Source: an uncultured Gemmatimonadales bacterium (GTDB lineage Bacteria; Gemmatimonadota; Gemmatimonadetes; Gemmatimonadales; GWC2-71-9). From it: 64,000 bases of DNA. The notes under the pieces were generated by a model. It did not search any database. It was not told the DNA's origin and was given only the letters and a program-made list of their open reading frames with translations. The position numbers were made by a program, and so were the translations under genes. This document shows, one piece after another, positions 48,102-59,159 of the stretch (position 1 is its first letter; each line of letters opens with the position of its first letter). The stretch is taken from the NCBI GenBank assembly GCA_963779755.1, contig CAVZZO010000003.1, positions 1,568,001 to 1,632,000 of the forward strand, given 5' to 3'.

Positions 48102-50208
48102 GCACTTCACGCACCCGGCCGGCCAGCTCGTCCCAGGTCCAGGGCTTCTGGATGAACGGCAGGGACGCCCACTCGGGGAACTGGCCCAGGTCCCCCTGGC
48201 CGGGTGCGTAGCCGCTGGTAAAGAGAAACGGCAGCCGCAGCCCCGCCTTCTTCACTTCCTCGTACAACTGCCACCCGCTGAGCCTGGGCATCACCACATC
48301 GGAGATGACCAGGTTCAGCCGCGGCTCACCGCTCTGGATGATCCGCAGCGCCTCCTGACCGTCGCCCGCGGTGACCACCTGGTAGCCCAGCCGGCGGAGA
48401 ATGCGCTCGCCCGCGCGGCGCAGGGCCGGCTCATCCTCCACCAGCAGCAGGGTCTCTCCCTTGCCCTGCACTTCCCCGGTGGAGAGCGGCGCCCCGGTGC
48501 TCCCCGGGTGGGCGGCATGCCCGGCCAGCGGGAAGTACACCGCCACCGACGTTCCGCTTCCCGGGACGCTCTCCATCTCCACGTAGCCCCGGTGCTGCTT
48601 GGCCAGCCCGTAGATCATCGACAGGCCCAGGCCGCTTCCTTCCGTCGGCGGCTTGGTGGTGAAAAAGGGCTCGAAGGCGCGCGCCAGCACCGCCGGGTCC
48701 ATGCCCTCCCCGGTATCGCGCACGTGCAGGCAGCCGTACATACCCGGCTCCCGGTAGGGCCGCTCGGGTGAGGGAACCAGCGCCTCCACGGCGGCGCGGA
48801 TCCGCAGGGTCCCGCCCCCGGGCATGGCGTCCCGGGCGTTGGTCGCCAGGTTGAGCAGGATCTGCTCTACGGCACCGGGATCGGCCAGGACGGCCCGCCC
48901 GCGGCACTCGTCCACAATCTCGATCGTGAGGTTCTCGGGCAGCAGGCGCCGGAGCGTGTCCCCCAGGTTCTCCACCACCCGCCCCAGATCCAGCGGCACC
49001 GGGGCGAGCTTGCTGTGGCGGCTGAAGCTGAGGAGCTTGCGGATCATGCTGGAGCCGCGCCGGGCCGAGGTCTTGAGATCGTCCACAATCCGCTGCAGCT
49101 CCGGATCGGACTGGCTCATGCCCTGGGCCAGCAGGTCGGCGTCGGCCAGGACTACCGTGAGCAGGTTGTTGAAGTCATGCGCGATGCCGGCGGTGAGCTG
49201 CCCCACCGCCTCCATCCGCTGCGCCGCCCGCAGCTCGCTTTCCAGCCGGCGCCGCTCGGTGATGTCGCGCAGGATGCTCTGGACTACCCCGTCTTCTGCC
49301 AGGGTGGAGTTGATCTCGGCCGTGACCTGGCTGCCGTCGGGCCGGAGCAGCACCCGCTCCACCAGCCGCCGGTCGTCCCCGCGGATCTGGTCCAGCGTCA
49401 GGGGTAGCCGCTCGAGATCGTCGGGCGCGATCAGCTCCGCCGCGGAGCGGCCCACCAGGTCCTCCCGATCGCGCTCCAGCAGGCGGCACGCCTGGGCGTT
49501 GACCTGCAGGATCACCCCCTGCGTGGTCAGCAGGATGATGGCGTCGCTGGCCTCCTCCATCAGGCGGCGGTAGCGCCGCTCCGAGTCCTCCAGCCGCCGC
49601 TCGGCTTCCCGGCGCTGGGTCACGTCGTGGATGATGACGTAGAGCGCGGGCCGCCCCCCGAAATCAATGGGCGTGGAGTGTACCTCCACATCCCGCACGC
49701 TGCCGTCGGCCACGCAGTGGCGGGACTGGAACACCCTCTGCGACCCCGCCCGCGCCGCCCGCATGTCTTCCCGGACCAGCTCCAGGTTGCGCCGGTTGAT
49801 GCTGGTGATGTTGCTGCCCACCAGGTCCCGGTGCGGGCGGCCGTAGAAGGCCGACGCCGCGGGGTTGGCCTCCAGCAGCGTGCCGGTCTCGCTGTCCAGG
49901 ATGAATACGATGGCGGCGGTGCCTTCGAACATCTGGCGGTAGCGGGCCTCGCTCGTCTCCAGGGCCCGGCGCGATCGCTCCACCCGCCGCAGCGCCCCGG
50001 CCACCAGCAGGTAGAGCAGGAGCGAGGTGGCCAGCACGTAGCCCAGTCCCTTGACGGTCTGGATGCGGCTCAGCTGCTCCAGCGACATGCGCCCGACGTG
50101 CAGCAGCAGCTGGTCGGAAAAGAAAATCCAGGCGCAGCCCGCGACTGCATAGACCGCGGCAATCGTGAAGGGTGTCAGCAGGCGGGGTCTGTCTCTGCCT
50201 GGAGCCAT
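48085..50208 (-). CDS. PAS-PAS hybrid histidine kinase / receiver protein
   Basis: AHDFNN, NARDAM, DTGEG, FFTTK, GLGL motifs and receiver DVVMP. Confidence 0.93.
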   Translation of the reverse strand: MAPGRDRPRLLTPFTIAAVYAVAGCAWIFFSDQLLLHVGRMSLEQLSRIQTVKGLGYVLATSLLLYLLVAGALRRVERSRRALETSEARYRQMFEGTAAIVFILDSETGTLLEANPAASAFYGRPHRDLVGSNITSINRRNLELVREDMRAARAGSQRVFQSRHCVADGSVRDVEVHSTPIDFGGRPALYVIIHDVTQRREAERRLEDSERRYRRLMEEASDAIILLTTQGVILQVNAQACRLLERDREDLVGRSAAELIAPDDLERLPLTLDQIRGDDRRLVERVLLRPDGSQVTAEINSTLAEDGVVQSILRDITERRRLESELRAAQRMEAVGQLTAGIAHDFNNLLTVVLADADLLAQGMSQSDPELQRIVDDLKTSARRGSSMIRKLLSFSRHSKLAPVPLDLGRVVENLGDTLRRLLPENLTIEIVDECRGRAVLADPGAVEQILLNLATNARDAMPGGGTLRIRAAVEALVPSPERPYREPGMYGCLHVRDTGEGMDPAVLARAFEPFFTTKPPTEGSGLGLSMIYGLAKQHRGYVEMESVPGSGTSVAVYFPLAGHAAHPGSTGAPLSTGEVQGKGETLLLVEDEPALRRAGERILRRLGYQVVTAGDGQEALRIIQSGEPRLNLVISDVVMPRLSGWQLYEEVKKAGLRLPFLFTSGYAPGQGDLGQFPEWASLPFIQKPWTWDELAGRVREVLSSAP

Positions 50209-50688
50209 GTTTGAATGTGTGAGGAGCCCGCGGGGGTGGGCCGCCCTAATCTAGCCCGGGGACCGGGATGGGGAAGGGCGGGAAGGCGGGAAGGCGGGAA
50301 GACAAAAAGGGACCGGAGCCGGACGCCCGAAGCCGATGGCTGCCGGAGCGCGCGTAGGGAGCCAGGGCGGTGAGCGGTGAGCGGTGAGCGGTGAGCCGGA
50401 AGCTAGGCCGGCCGCCGGCCGACGCCGATGGGTCCCAGAGCGGGCGTCGGGGCGCCCACAGGTGGATGGGGATCTCTCATCGGGGCGCGCACCGTCAGGC
50501 CGCGGAGGGAGCCACGGCGTCGGCCGGCGGCAAGCGCTGAGGACCGGGTACTGGGGCTCCAACACATGGAGGCAGTCTCGGCCAAGGGCGCGGGCAAGGG
50601 CGATACGGTGCTCCTCCATGCGCTTGAATGGTACCGGACCAGAGCCACCTGGTCGCTATGCTGACTCCCCACTTTCCGGGGATCCCGC

Positions 50689-53600
50689 ATGCGGCTGGAG
50701 GCACAACTGAGGCAGATTCGGTCGCTGTGCGATCTCCCCGCGCTGGTGGCCGGGCTGGGATTCGAGCCGCTCTGGGAGCCGCTGCCGGTGGAGGCATGGC
50801 TCCCCGGCTCCGCCGGAATGCCCGGCATCCGCGAAGCTGCGCTGGTGGGGCAGCACGCGGGATTCCGCTGGGCCGCGCTCCGGGCCCGCGACCCGCGGCT
50901 GGCCCGGCGCATTACCCTGTGGCTGCAACGGCGGGGAGAATCCGCCGGCCTGCTGCTCTACCACGACGATGGCCGCCTGACGGTATCGGTCTCGTTTGGC
51001 GACCGGCCGCTCGTCGTGCTCGATCTCCAGCAGCCCGAGCCTGCGTCCCTGCTCGCCCTCAGGAGGATGCAGGATACCTGCATCGGGGCAGCAAACCCGC
51101 TGGCGCTGGCCGCCCTGATTGCCGGCTGCCTCGATTGCTCCGACCTCACCCGCGCCTTCTTCCGCGATTTCCGGGCAGCACTGGACACCATGGCGGGCGC
51201 GCTGACGGGACGGGTGGCGGCAGGCACCCGGCTGCCGCTTGCGCTGCTCCAGCTCACCCGGGTCCTGTTTCTCTATTTCGTGCAGGCACGTGGCTGGCTC
51301 GACGGCCGCCGGCAGTTCCTGGCCCAGGAGCTCGACCACTGCCTCAGCCGTGGCGGGCATGTTCATCGCCAGTTCCTTGCGCCGCTCTTCTTTGGCACCC
51401 TGAACTGCCCCAGCCATCAGCGAAGCGCGGGGATCAGGCGGTTCGGGCGCATTCCATTCCTCAATGGCGGCCTCTTCGAGCCACATCCGCTGGAACGCCG
51501 CTGGCGGGGCAGTATCCCCAATACCTGCTGGCGGGAAACATTCGACCGGCTATTCGAGCGCTACCACTTCACCGCCGACGAGTCGCAACGGGAAGGCCGC
51601 ATTGCACCCGACATGCTGGGCCGGGTATTCGAAGGGCTGATGGCCCCGGACGAACGCCATGCCAGCGGGACATTCTATACGCCGCCCGCGCTGGTCGACG
51701 GCATCGTTCACCGCGCCTTGCAGGCGCTGGTGGAGCGCCGACTCGGCGTGAGTTCCGCAGTCGCCGAGCGCATGCTGGCCGACGCCGACCCCGCGCTCCT
51801 GCCGATCTGGCCCGGCCTGGCCGTGCTCGACCCTGCGGTGGGAAGCGGCGCGTTCCTCCTGGGAGCGATGGAACGGCTGGACCATCTCCGCCGCTCGGAA
51901 ATCCCCGGCCGGCCGGCGCGCCGCCGCCGGATTCTGGAACAGAACCTTTTCGGTGTCGACCTGAACCCCACGGCGGTACGACTGGCCGAACTGCGCCTCT
52001 GGCTCGCCGTCATTGCCGAGGAACCGGAAGACGATCCCACCACCATCGCGCCGCTGCCCAACCTCGATTGCCTCATCCGTCAGGGCGACAGCCTGACCGA
52101 TCCCTTCGCCCTGGCCGGGCGGCTGCCCGGATCGGCCCGCGCCGCGGCTCTCGAGGTGGCCCGGCTGCGTCACGCGGTGGTCGTCACGCCGGGAAGCGGC
52201 AAGGCCGCGTCCGCCCGGGCCCTGCGCCAGGCTGAGGCGGCCGCGGCGCGCGCCTGCCTGGGCATGGCGGAGCATGAGCTGGCCCGGGAGATCTCGGAGA
52301 TTCTGGCAGTGGCTCGCGGTCCCGACCTCTTCGGCACGCGGCGCGGCCTCAACCACGATGAACGGCAGCATCTCCATCTGCTGCGCGCTCAGCGGCGGGG
52401 GCTGTCGGCGGCGCGCCGCCGGCTCGATCGCGACGGGGAAGTTCCCTGGTTTCACTATCAGAGCCATTTCCCGGATGTCTTTGCCCGGCGCGGAGGATTC
52501 GATCTCGTCATCGGCAATCCGCCCTGGGTCCGCTCCGAGCACCTGAAACCGGCAACCCGGGATTACCTCATGCGGCGATACCGCTGGTGGCGCGCGGGAC
52601 CCGGGACCGCCGGGTACCGGCACCTGCCCGATCTCGCGGTGGCATTTCTGGAGCGGGCGGTCGAGCTGGCCGGCCCTGAAGGAGTGGTGGGGGTTCTTCT
52701 CCCGGCCAAGCTCGCGACGGCAGGGTACGGGAACCGGGCTCGCGCCGCGCTGGTCAGAGAAACCACCATCCATACCGTCGCCGACCTCTCGGCGGACGCG
52801 ACCGGCTTCGAGGCCTCGGTATATCCCATGGCGGTGATTACAGCCAAGGGTCCGCCGGAGAAACCAGCGCAGGTCTGCACCTCACTGCGGGGGACGTCTC
52901 CGTCCGTGCCGCTGCATCGGCTCTCCGCTGGTCCCTGGATATTGCTTCCCTCGCTCCATGCCATGGTACACCGCCTGCGGGATCGCTACGGCACGCTCGC
53001 CGGCAGCTACTCCGTTCATCTGGGTGTGAAAACAGGAGCCAATAGCGTGTTTCTCGATCCTCCGGCGTCGATCGAGTCAGAGTTGTTCCGCTGGGCCGTT
53101 CGCGGGCGCGACGTGCGGCCCTGCCGGGTGAGCCCGCGCCGCCGCCTTCTCTGGACGCACGGGCCGGACGGCGAGCCCCTGGAGCGGCTTCCCCCGCGAG
53201 CGGCCGCCTGGCTGGAGGAACGCTTTCACCTGCTGGGCCGGCGGGCCGACTACCGCCGGGCGCCGCCCTGGCGCCTCTTCCGCACCGGCCCTGCCACCGC
53301 GTCCTGCCGGGTCGTCTGGGCCGATCTGGCGCGGCAGCTGATGGCGGCGCCGCTGCTTGCCCCGGCAGCCGGCGACCTCATTCCGCTCAACACCTGTTAC
53401 GTGGTTGTCCTTCCGGACGACCGCGCGGCGCTGGGCCTTGCGGCCTGGCTCAACTGCACCTGGATCCGTGCGCTGGCCCGCCTGACGGCAGACCGGGCCC
53501 GGGGCGCCTATGCCCGGTTCAACGCCCGGGCCGTCGGCGGCGTGCCGCTGCCGGCCGCGGTGCTGGCTGAAGGACGCCTGGAGCGGCTGGCCCGCGACGC

Positions 53601-53724
53601 CGCTCCCGAGACTCTCGATCAGAAGACTCTGGATGATGAGGCCGCTGAATATCTCGAGCTGTCTGCCGGCGAGCGCCGGGCGCTGGCACGGGTGGACGAC
53701 GCGCGCACCCGTCGTTCCCGCTGA
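50689..53724 (+). CDS. N6-adenine DNA methyltransferase (Eco57I/type IIG-like architecture)
   Basis: FLNGGLF, LGRVFEGL, FYTP, DPAVGSGAF and VIGNPPW motifs. Confidence 0.88.
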   Translation: MRLEAQLRQIRSLCDLPALVAGLGFEPLWEPLPVEAWLPGSAGMPGIREAALVGQHAGFRWAALRARDPRLARRITLWLQRRGESAGLLLYHDDGRLTVSVSFGDRPLVVLDLQQPEPASLLALRRMQDTCIGAANPLALAALIAGCLDCSDLTRAFFRDFRAALDTMAGALTGRVAAGTRLPLALLQLTRVLFLYFVQARGWLDGRRQFLAQELDHCLSRGGHVHRQFLAPLFFGTLNCPSHQRSAGIRRFGRIPFLNGGLFEPHPLERRWRGSIPNTCWRETFDRLFERYHFTADESQREGRIAPDMLGRVFEGLMAPDERHASGTFYTPPALVDGIVHRALQALVERRLGVSSAVAERMLADADPALLPIWPGLAVLDPAVGSGAFLLGAMERLDHLRRSEIPGRPARRRRILEQNLFGVDLNPTAVRLAELRLWLAVIAEEPEDDPTTIAPLPNLDCLIRQGDSLTDPFALAGRLPGSARAAALEVARLRHAVVVTPGSGKAASARALRQAEAAAARACLGMAEHELAREISEILAVARGPDLFGTRRGLNHDERQHLHLLRAQRRGLSAARRRLDRDGEVPWFHYQSHFPDVFARRGGFDLVIGNPPWVRSEHLKPATRDYLMRRYRWWRAGPGTAGYRHLPDLAVAFLERAVELAGPEGVVGVLLPAKLATAGYGNRARAALVRETTIHTVADLSADATGFEASVYPMAVITAKGPPEKPAQVCTSLRGTSPSVPLHRLSAGPWILLPSLHAMVHRLRDRYGTLAGSYSVHLGVKTGANSVFLDPPASIESELFRWAVRGRDVRPCRVSPRRRLLWTHGPDGEPLERLPPRAAAWLEERFHLLGRRADYRRAPPWRLFRTGPATASCRVVWADLARQLMAAPLLAPAAGDLIPLNTCYVVVLPDDRAALGLAAWLNCTWIRALARLTADRARGAYARFNARAVGGVPLPAAVLAEGRLERLARDAAPETLDQKTLDDEAAEYLELSAGERRALARVDDARTRRSR

Positions 53725-55933
53725 AGCGCTGACGACCGTCCGCGAACCGGCGCGCACCATTCTGCCGTCGCTGCAACCGGCGGCCAGCGACGCGGTAGCA
53801 AGAACCCTCGTGGCCACCTGCGCCCGGGAACGGCACCGGGCAGAGGCGCCGGCCTGGCTGCAGCCGGGCCAGCAGGCGACCTGGTCAGCGCTGATACCCA
53901 TGCTGCGCCGCTTCGGTGGCGCCCTGCTCGCCGACCCGGTCGGCTCCGGGAAGTCCTACATTGCGCTCGCGGTGGCGCGGTCGGAGCGGGGCCGCCGGCC
54001 GGTCGCGGTGCTGGTACCCTCGGTGCTCCTGCCCCAGTGGGAGCGATTGTCCCGGAGGCTGGGCATTCCCGTGCAGCTCTGGTCGCACGAGCGTCTCAGT
54101 CGCGGACAGCTCCCGCCCGGCGATCCGTCGCTGGTTGTCGTAGACGAGAGTCATCATTTCCGGAATCCCGCCACGCGGCGTTATCACACCCTCGCTCCGT
54201 GGCTGGTGGGCCGCCGGACGCTGCTCCTCTCGGCCACCCCGGTCGTCAATCGCACCCGCGACCTCTCGTCTCAACTGCTGCTCGGTATCCGCGACGACGC
54301 ACTCGCAGCGCTCGGTGTGCGCTCCCTGCGCGAACTGCTCGAGTGCGAGGCCTCGCACCCGGCGCTCGGTGCCCTCATCCTGGAGCGGCCGCGCGAGACG
54401 GGCGCACCCTCACGCAGCGAGCAGGCGATCGTTGTCCCGGACGACGCCGGCCTTCACCGGACCCTGGCGTTGCTCGATCAGCTCCGCCTCTCGGAGTCAC
54501 CCGCCGTATCGCGGCTGCTGCGCGGGGTCTTCTGGCGCGCCGCGGCATCGAGCCCGGCGGCGCTCTGCGGGGTGCTGTCGCGCTATCGGACACTCCTGAT
54601 GCATTGCCGGGACGCCTCCAACGGTTCCCGGCCCGCAGCCCGCACCTGGATTCGCCGGATCACCGGCCTCGACCCGGCCCAGTTGGTCCTGTGGCCGCTG
54701 ATGGGCGAGCCCCAGGAGGGAAGCGACCTCGTCCTGGACGACCTCCCTCTGCTCGACCGCCTGGTATCGGAGGCGGCCCGGTCCCGTGCGGTGGGTGACA
54801 CCAAGAGCGCGCTGCTCACGCGGTTGCTCCATCCGGCGGAGCCGACGCTGATCTTTACGGTCGCGCGGGAAACGGTTCACTACCTTCGGCAGCATCTCCC
54901 TTCCGCACGGCTGGCATGGTGCACCGGTGTCCGCTCCGGGATTGGACGGCTACCGGTTGCCCGCGAGAGCGTACTCCGGTGGTTCCGCCCCGAGGCCTCC
55001 CGTCTGCGCCTCGACCTGGGCCCCACCACGCTGGTGGCCACCGACGTCGCCGCGGAAGGACTGAATCTGCAGCGGGCCCGCAGGGTGATTCATTATGATC
55101 TGCCATGGACCGCCGTACGGCTCGACCAGCGGGACGGTCGGGCGCTGCGACTGGGATCGGCCCACGCGGAGGTCGAAGTGATCACTTTCCAGCCGCCGCC
55201 TGCGCTGGAGCAGCGGCTGCGACAGAGCCAGCTGATCGCCCGAAAGCGCAGTCTCCCCGCCCGGGCGGGACTCGGCCCGGAGGGCAGCCGGTGCTGGCGC
55301 TGGCGAGACGACCTCGCCGCTCGCTGGCCCGGGGGCACCGTCGGCAATGCACCGCTCGTGTCGGTGGTGGAGGGAGATCATGCGGGCGTGCTTCTGGGAC
55401 TGCGGATAGAGGACGCTCCCGGACCGCCCCTCGCCGTTGTTGCGGCGCGCCCCGACCACGAGAAGGCATGGTCGGAAAATCCGGCGCTGATCGAGCGCTG
55501 GCTGGAGAGTGCCATGCGATTGCCGGGCCGGGCCCCCACCAGTGTGGAGCAGGAGCGCGCCCTGGCGCTGGTTGCGTCTTTTGTGCGCGAACGGCTTCGA
55601 CTGCAGCAGGCTTGCCGCTGGCAACCCCCCAGGCCCGGCACGGAAGCGCGGCGTCTGTTGCGGCGCTTGCACCGGTTGGCCGTCCGGGCGGCACGGCGGC
55701 GGGATGCGCGCCTGCTGGCATTGGCCGAACGTGGCATGGCCTTCGCCCGGCGGGGACATACGGCGGGGGAAGCGATGCTCGTGTCAGAGCTGCTGCGGGC
55801 CGGGCCGCGGGATTTCCCCCGCCGTCTCCGGCGGCTGCCGGACGGGCCGGATTCCAGTGGCGCGCTGCAGGTCGTCCTCACCGGCGTGCTCATCTTTCGA
55901 GCCCGGAAGACCTCGCCGCCTCTCCTCGTTTGA
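53510..55933 (+). CDS. SNF2-like superfamily 2 helicase; true start probably 53700-53810
   Basis: LLADPVGSGKS, VDESH, LSATP, ATDVAAEGLNLQ and YDLPW...QRDGR motifs. Confidence 0.85.
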   Translation: MPGSTPGPSAACRCRPRCWLKDAWSGWPATPLPRLSIRRLWMMRPLNISSCLPASAGRWHGWTTRAPVVPAEALTTVREPARTILPSLQPAASDAVARTLVATCARERHRAEAPAWLQPGQQATWSALIPMLRRFGGALLADPVGSGKSYIALAVARSERGRRPVAVLVPSVLLPQWERLSRRLGIPVQLWSHERLSRGQLPPGDPSLVVVDESHHFRNPATRRYHTLAPWLVGRRTLLLSATPVVNRTRDLSSQLLLGIRDDALAALGVRSLRELLECEASHPALGALILERPRETGAPSRSEQAIVVPDDAGLHRTLALLDQLRLSESPAVSRLLRGVFWRAAASSPAALCGVLSRYRTLLMHCRDASNGSRPAARTWIRRITGLDPAQLVLWPLMGEPQEGSDLVLDDLPLLDRLVSEAARSRAVGDTKSALLTRLLHPAEPTLIFTVARETVHYLRQHLPSARLAWCTGVRSGIGRLPVARESVLRWFRPEASRLRLDLGPTTLVATDVAAEGLNLQRARRVIHYDLPWTAVRLDQRDGRALRLGSAHAEVEVITFQPPPALEQRLRQSQLIARKRSLPARAGLGPEGSRCWRWRDDLAARWPGGTVGNAPLVSVVEGDHAGVLLGLRIEDAPGPPLAVVAARPDHEKAWSENPALIERWLESAMRLPGRAPTSVEQERALALVASFVRERLRLQQACRWQPPRPGTEARRLLRRLHRLAVRAARRRDARLLALAERGMAFARRGHTAGEAMLVSELLRAGPRDFPRRLRRLPDGPDSSGALQVVLTGVLIFRARKTSPPLLV

Positions 55934-55997
55934 GTGGGCCCTTCGGCCTTGGCGTGCCCGCCTTGACACCCGCTCCGGCGCCAGGCCAATTCCAGCC

Positions 55998-56352
55998 ATG
56001 ACGCGGCTGGTACACCCGGGCTCGGAGTATCTTGCCGGCTACACCGACGCGCTGCGCCGCGGCTGGTCGCCCGACAATACCAGCCCCGAGGTGGCGCAGG
56101 AGCAGCTGGCGGAGATCGCGACCGATCCGGACCGATTTCTCGCGGGGCAGACGGATCTGGAGGCCCGCGGCCCCGCCATTCGCCTGCCGACGGCAGTGTG
56201 GTGCCCCGGCTCCCCGGCTTCCACCGCTGGATGTGGGATGGCGAGTTCTGCGGCACCATCGCCATGCGCTGGCAGCCGGGGACCGAAGCCCTCCCCCCGT
56301 GGGGCACATCGGCTATGCCGTGGTTCCCTGGAAGCGCCGGGAAAGGAAATAG
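55998..56352 (+). pseudogene. GNAT acetyltransferase, frameshifted and truncated
   Basis: Segments ALRRGWSPD / VPRLPGFHRWMWDGEFCG..RWQPGTEALP / GHIGYAVVPWKRR lie in different frames; stops right after. Confidence 0.8.
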
Positions 56353-56610
56353 CTCTGACGTGACGCGATGGTAACGGGCGGGTCTGTTAACACGTCATCA
56401 AGGGTGCGCTAGGTGACGCATACTCTCTCTCCTCATTCTGGGACGCGCCATCAATTGTCGCAAGAGCAGTTTGCTGCAGTGCGTGATACCGACAATCGTC
56501 CCATTGACTGCGGCTAGGCTAAGCCGTAGCGTATGTCGCCTCAAGAGAGGCACCTGATTCGATCGTTTGGACTGTGGTGGCGATTGCGCTAACGCCATAG
56601 CTTCCAGCTG

Positions 56611-57180
56611 ATGAAGAGAGGTCATGTGAGGCGACGATTTGTGGTCGGGTGCGCATTGCTGCTGAGCGCGGCGGCGTGCGGCGATGCTGCCAGTCCCAGC
56701 GGTAGCCCTCCGACAGTACTCGTGACGAATGCCACATGCGCGTCCGGGCGCTGTGCCACTCTTGAAATCCGGGCGTACGTCTGGAAGTTTCCTGTCCCGC
56801 AGACGCCCGACGGGCTCCGTATTCTCGGTGAAGCCCCACCGGGGCAAACGTGCCTTCTCTTTCCAGCGTCCTGGCCCTTAAGCATCATTGGTCCGGACAC
56901 TACAGGCCAGATTGACACCACTATCGTGACCTGGACCCCCGGCGATGCGGACGGGATTTACTTGATTGCGGTTGACAGCCTGGTGTATCACGGCGGTGGG
57001 AGTGCAGGTCAAGTTGACAGTACTAATCAAGGCATTCCGCCCTTTGACGGCGTAGACTTTGCGAGTGTGGGGGAGACCCCCACTTTCGTGCCCGGGATAG
57101 CCGATGGCTGGGCCGTCACCTTCCCGAGTACGCCACCATTCAGCGCATCTCTCACCAAACCGGGCGCGTGCAAGTCGTGA
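56611..57180 (+). CDS. Hypothetical lipoprotein in a lower-GC island
   Basis: Lipobox AAAC after a hydrophobic stretch; atypical codon usage. Confidence 0.6.
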   Translation: MKRGHVRRRFVVGCALLLSAAACGDAASPSGSPPTVLVTNATCASGRCATLEIRAYVWKFPVPQTPDGLRILGEAPPGQTCLLFPASWPLSIIGPDTTGQIDTTIVTWTPGDADGIYLIAVDSLVYHGGGSAGQVDSTNQGIPPFDGVDFASVGETPTFVPGIADGWAVTFPSTPPFSASLTKPGACKS

Positions 57181-57267
57181 GGAACTTCTCTTCCGGCTTA
57201 TGCCGCGTGCTTGCACATGCCGGATATCCAGCGTGGTTGTGCCTTCAATGAAAGGAGTCCAGTCGCC

Positions 57268-57785
57268 ATGCGTGATAAAATGGGAGCAGCATTGCTCGTG
57301 TGCTCGCTTGTCGCTCTCGCGGCGTGTGATCAAGGGACAGTGTCGCCGAACTCATCACGCGATCAGCCCGATTTGGCAGTGGGTCGTCAAAGCGACTCGG
57401 TGGCTACTCCAGCGGGCTGGTATGATCGGTCGTGCGTGCACGAGATTCCAAATGGCGCGCATGTGAGCACTAGCGGCCTCGTCACGCCCCGTAGTGGCAC
57501 CACTTTTCAAGTTCCAGCCTGTTCGCATCCCCCGCGTCCGAACGTACCCAATAACGGTGGATCCAACAGCCCCATGTTTCCAGTCAACAATGGCTGGATG
57601 GAATACGCGTACTACGCGCTGGCGTCCGGCCACACCTTCCATCAGCTGAACGCTGGCTGGCGCGTACCACCAGCGCCAGCGGGCTCGTATTCCGGCACCC
57701 AGACTTATTATAGCTTCCCGGGCTTAGAGAATGGATCCTACATCATCCAACCGGTGGTTCAGTACGGCTACAACGGGGCGTTTGG
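57268..57785 (+). pseudogene. Lipoprotein with peptidase G1/A4-like segment, truncated by IS256
   Basis: LAAC lipobox; W.VP..P...FPGLE...IIQPVVQYG; reading frame runs into the IS left end. Confidence 0.55.
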
Positions 57786-59159
57786 GGTGCCGTCCCGATT
57801 CGTGTAGAAAATTGAAATGGCGTATGCTTCCGGGATGATCGAACCCCGATCCGCCGAAGTGCGGATCTAACCCGGAGGCATACGCCATGAGAGAAGTTAC
57901 GGCCACGGAGCAGGGGTGGGAAGCACTGGTCGGGGCGGACCCGCTGACGGCGGCCCTGCGCGGCGAAGCGCGGCGCTGGATTGAGCGCATGTTGCACGAG
58001 GAATTGGCGGCCGTCTTGGGCAGCGGCCGGCATGAGCGGACCGCCGCCCGGCAGGGATATCGGCACGGCACCCGGCGGCGGCGGGTGACGACCAGCCTGG
58101 GCCCCGTGGATCTCGCCATCCCGCGAGGGCGGGTGCAGGCGGGCGCCGAGCTGCGGGAATGGCAGAGCGGGCTGCTGCCGCGGTACGCGCGCCGAGCCCG
58201 GGCGGTGGATGCGGCGCTGGTCGGCTTCTACTGCGGGGGCGGCAATCAGCGGCGGCTCGCCCGGGCGCTCCGCTCGCTGCTGGCCGACGGTCCCGCCTCG
58301 CGGAGCACGGTCTCGCGCGTCGTGCGGGGGCTGCGGCAGGGCTACGAGGCGTGGCGCGAGCGCCCCCTGGGGGAGTTGGGGGTGCAGTATCTCTATCTGG
58401 ATGCGATCCACCTGCATGTGCGGGTGCTCAAGCGGGTCGAGCCGCTCCCGGTCCAGGTGGCGGTCGGGGTGCGGCCCGACGGGCAGAAGGTGCTGCTGGA
58501 TCTCCGGCTCTACGTCGCGGAGAGCGCCGCGGCCTGGGGCGACTTCGTGCGCGGGCTGGTGGAGCGCGGCCTGGTCGCGCCGGCGCTGGTGATCACCGAC
58601 GGCAGCAAGGGTCTGCGCCGGGCGCTGAGCGAGATCTGGCCGCAGGCTGCGGTGCAGCGCTGCACGGTGCATAAGCTGCGCAACCTGGCGGCCCACTGCC
58701 CGCAGCGGCTCTATCCGGCCGGCAAGCGCGACTACCACGCCATCGTGTATGCCGCCGATGCGGAGGCGGCGCGGCGGGCCTGGGGGCGGTTTACCCGCCG
58801 CTGGGGCCGGGAGCTGCCGGGGGTGGTGGCGAGCCTGGAGGAGGCGGGCGAGGAGCTGCTCACGTTCTATCGCCTGCCGAAGGCGCAGTGGAAGAGCCTG
58901 CGCACGACGAATATCGTCGAGCGCGTGCTGGAGGAGGTGCGACGGCGAGTCAAAACGCAGGGATCGCTGCCCAGCACCGAGGCCGTCCTGGTGCTCGGCT
59001 ACGGTCTGATCGCGACGGGGCAACTGCCCTTGCGGCGGATTGCCGGCTGGCGAACCTTGCCCCGTGTCAGTAACCGTCAAGCGGCTGCATGAGCGCCTGA
59101 CACGCTTGGAGGCCCGGAGACAGCGCCCATTGATTTTCTACACAACTCGGGACACGACC
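57786..59159 (+). mobile_element. IS256-family insertion sequence, about 1374 bp
   Basis: Imperfect terminal IRs: GGTGCCGTCCCGATTCGTGTAGAAAAT versus right-end reverse complement GGTCGTGTCCCGAGTTGTGTAGAAAAT. Confidence 0.9.
57887..59092 (+). CDS. IS256 family transposase
   Basis: YLYLDA, ITDGSKGL, QRCTVHKLRN and RTTNIVER (DDE) motifs. Confidence 0.95.
   Translation: MREVTATEQGWEALVGADPLTAALRGEARRWIERMLHEELAAVLGSGRHERTAARQGYRHGTRRRRVTTSLGPVDLAIPRGRVQAGAELREWQSGLLPRYARRARAVDAALVGFYCGGGNQRRLARALRSLLADGPASRSTVSRVVRGLRQGYEAWRERPLGELGVQYLYLDAIHLHVRVLKRVEPLPVQVAVGVRPDGQKVLLDLRLYVAESAAAWGDFVRGLVERGLVAPALVITDGSKGLRRALSEIWPQAAVQRCTVHKLRNLAAHCPQRLYPAGKRDYHAIVYAADAEAARRAWGRFTRRWGRELPGVVASLEEAGEELLTFYRLPKAQWKSLRTTNIVERVLEEVRRRVKTQGSLPSTEAVLVLGYGLIATGQLPLRRIAGWRTLPRVSNRQAAA

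Noticed and set aside
50251..50912. Small ORFs upstream of the methyltransferase
   Set aside because: No recognisable motifs, and partly composed of GGGAAGGC and GCGGTGA repeats.
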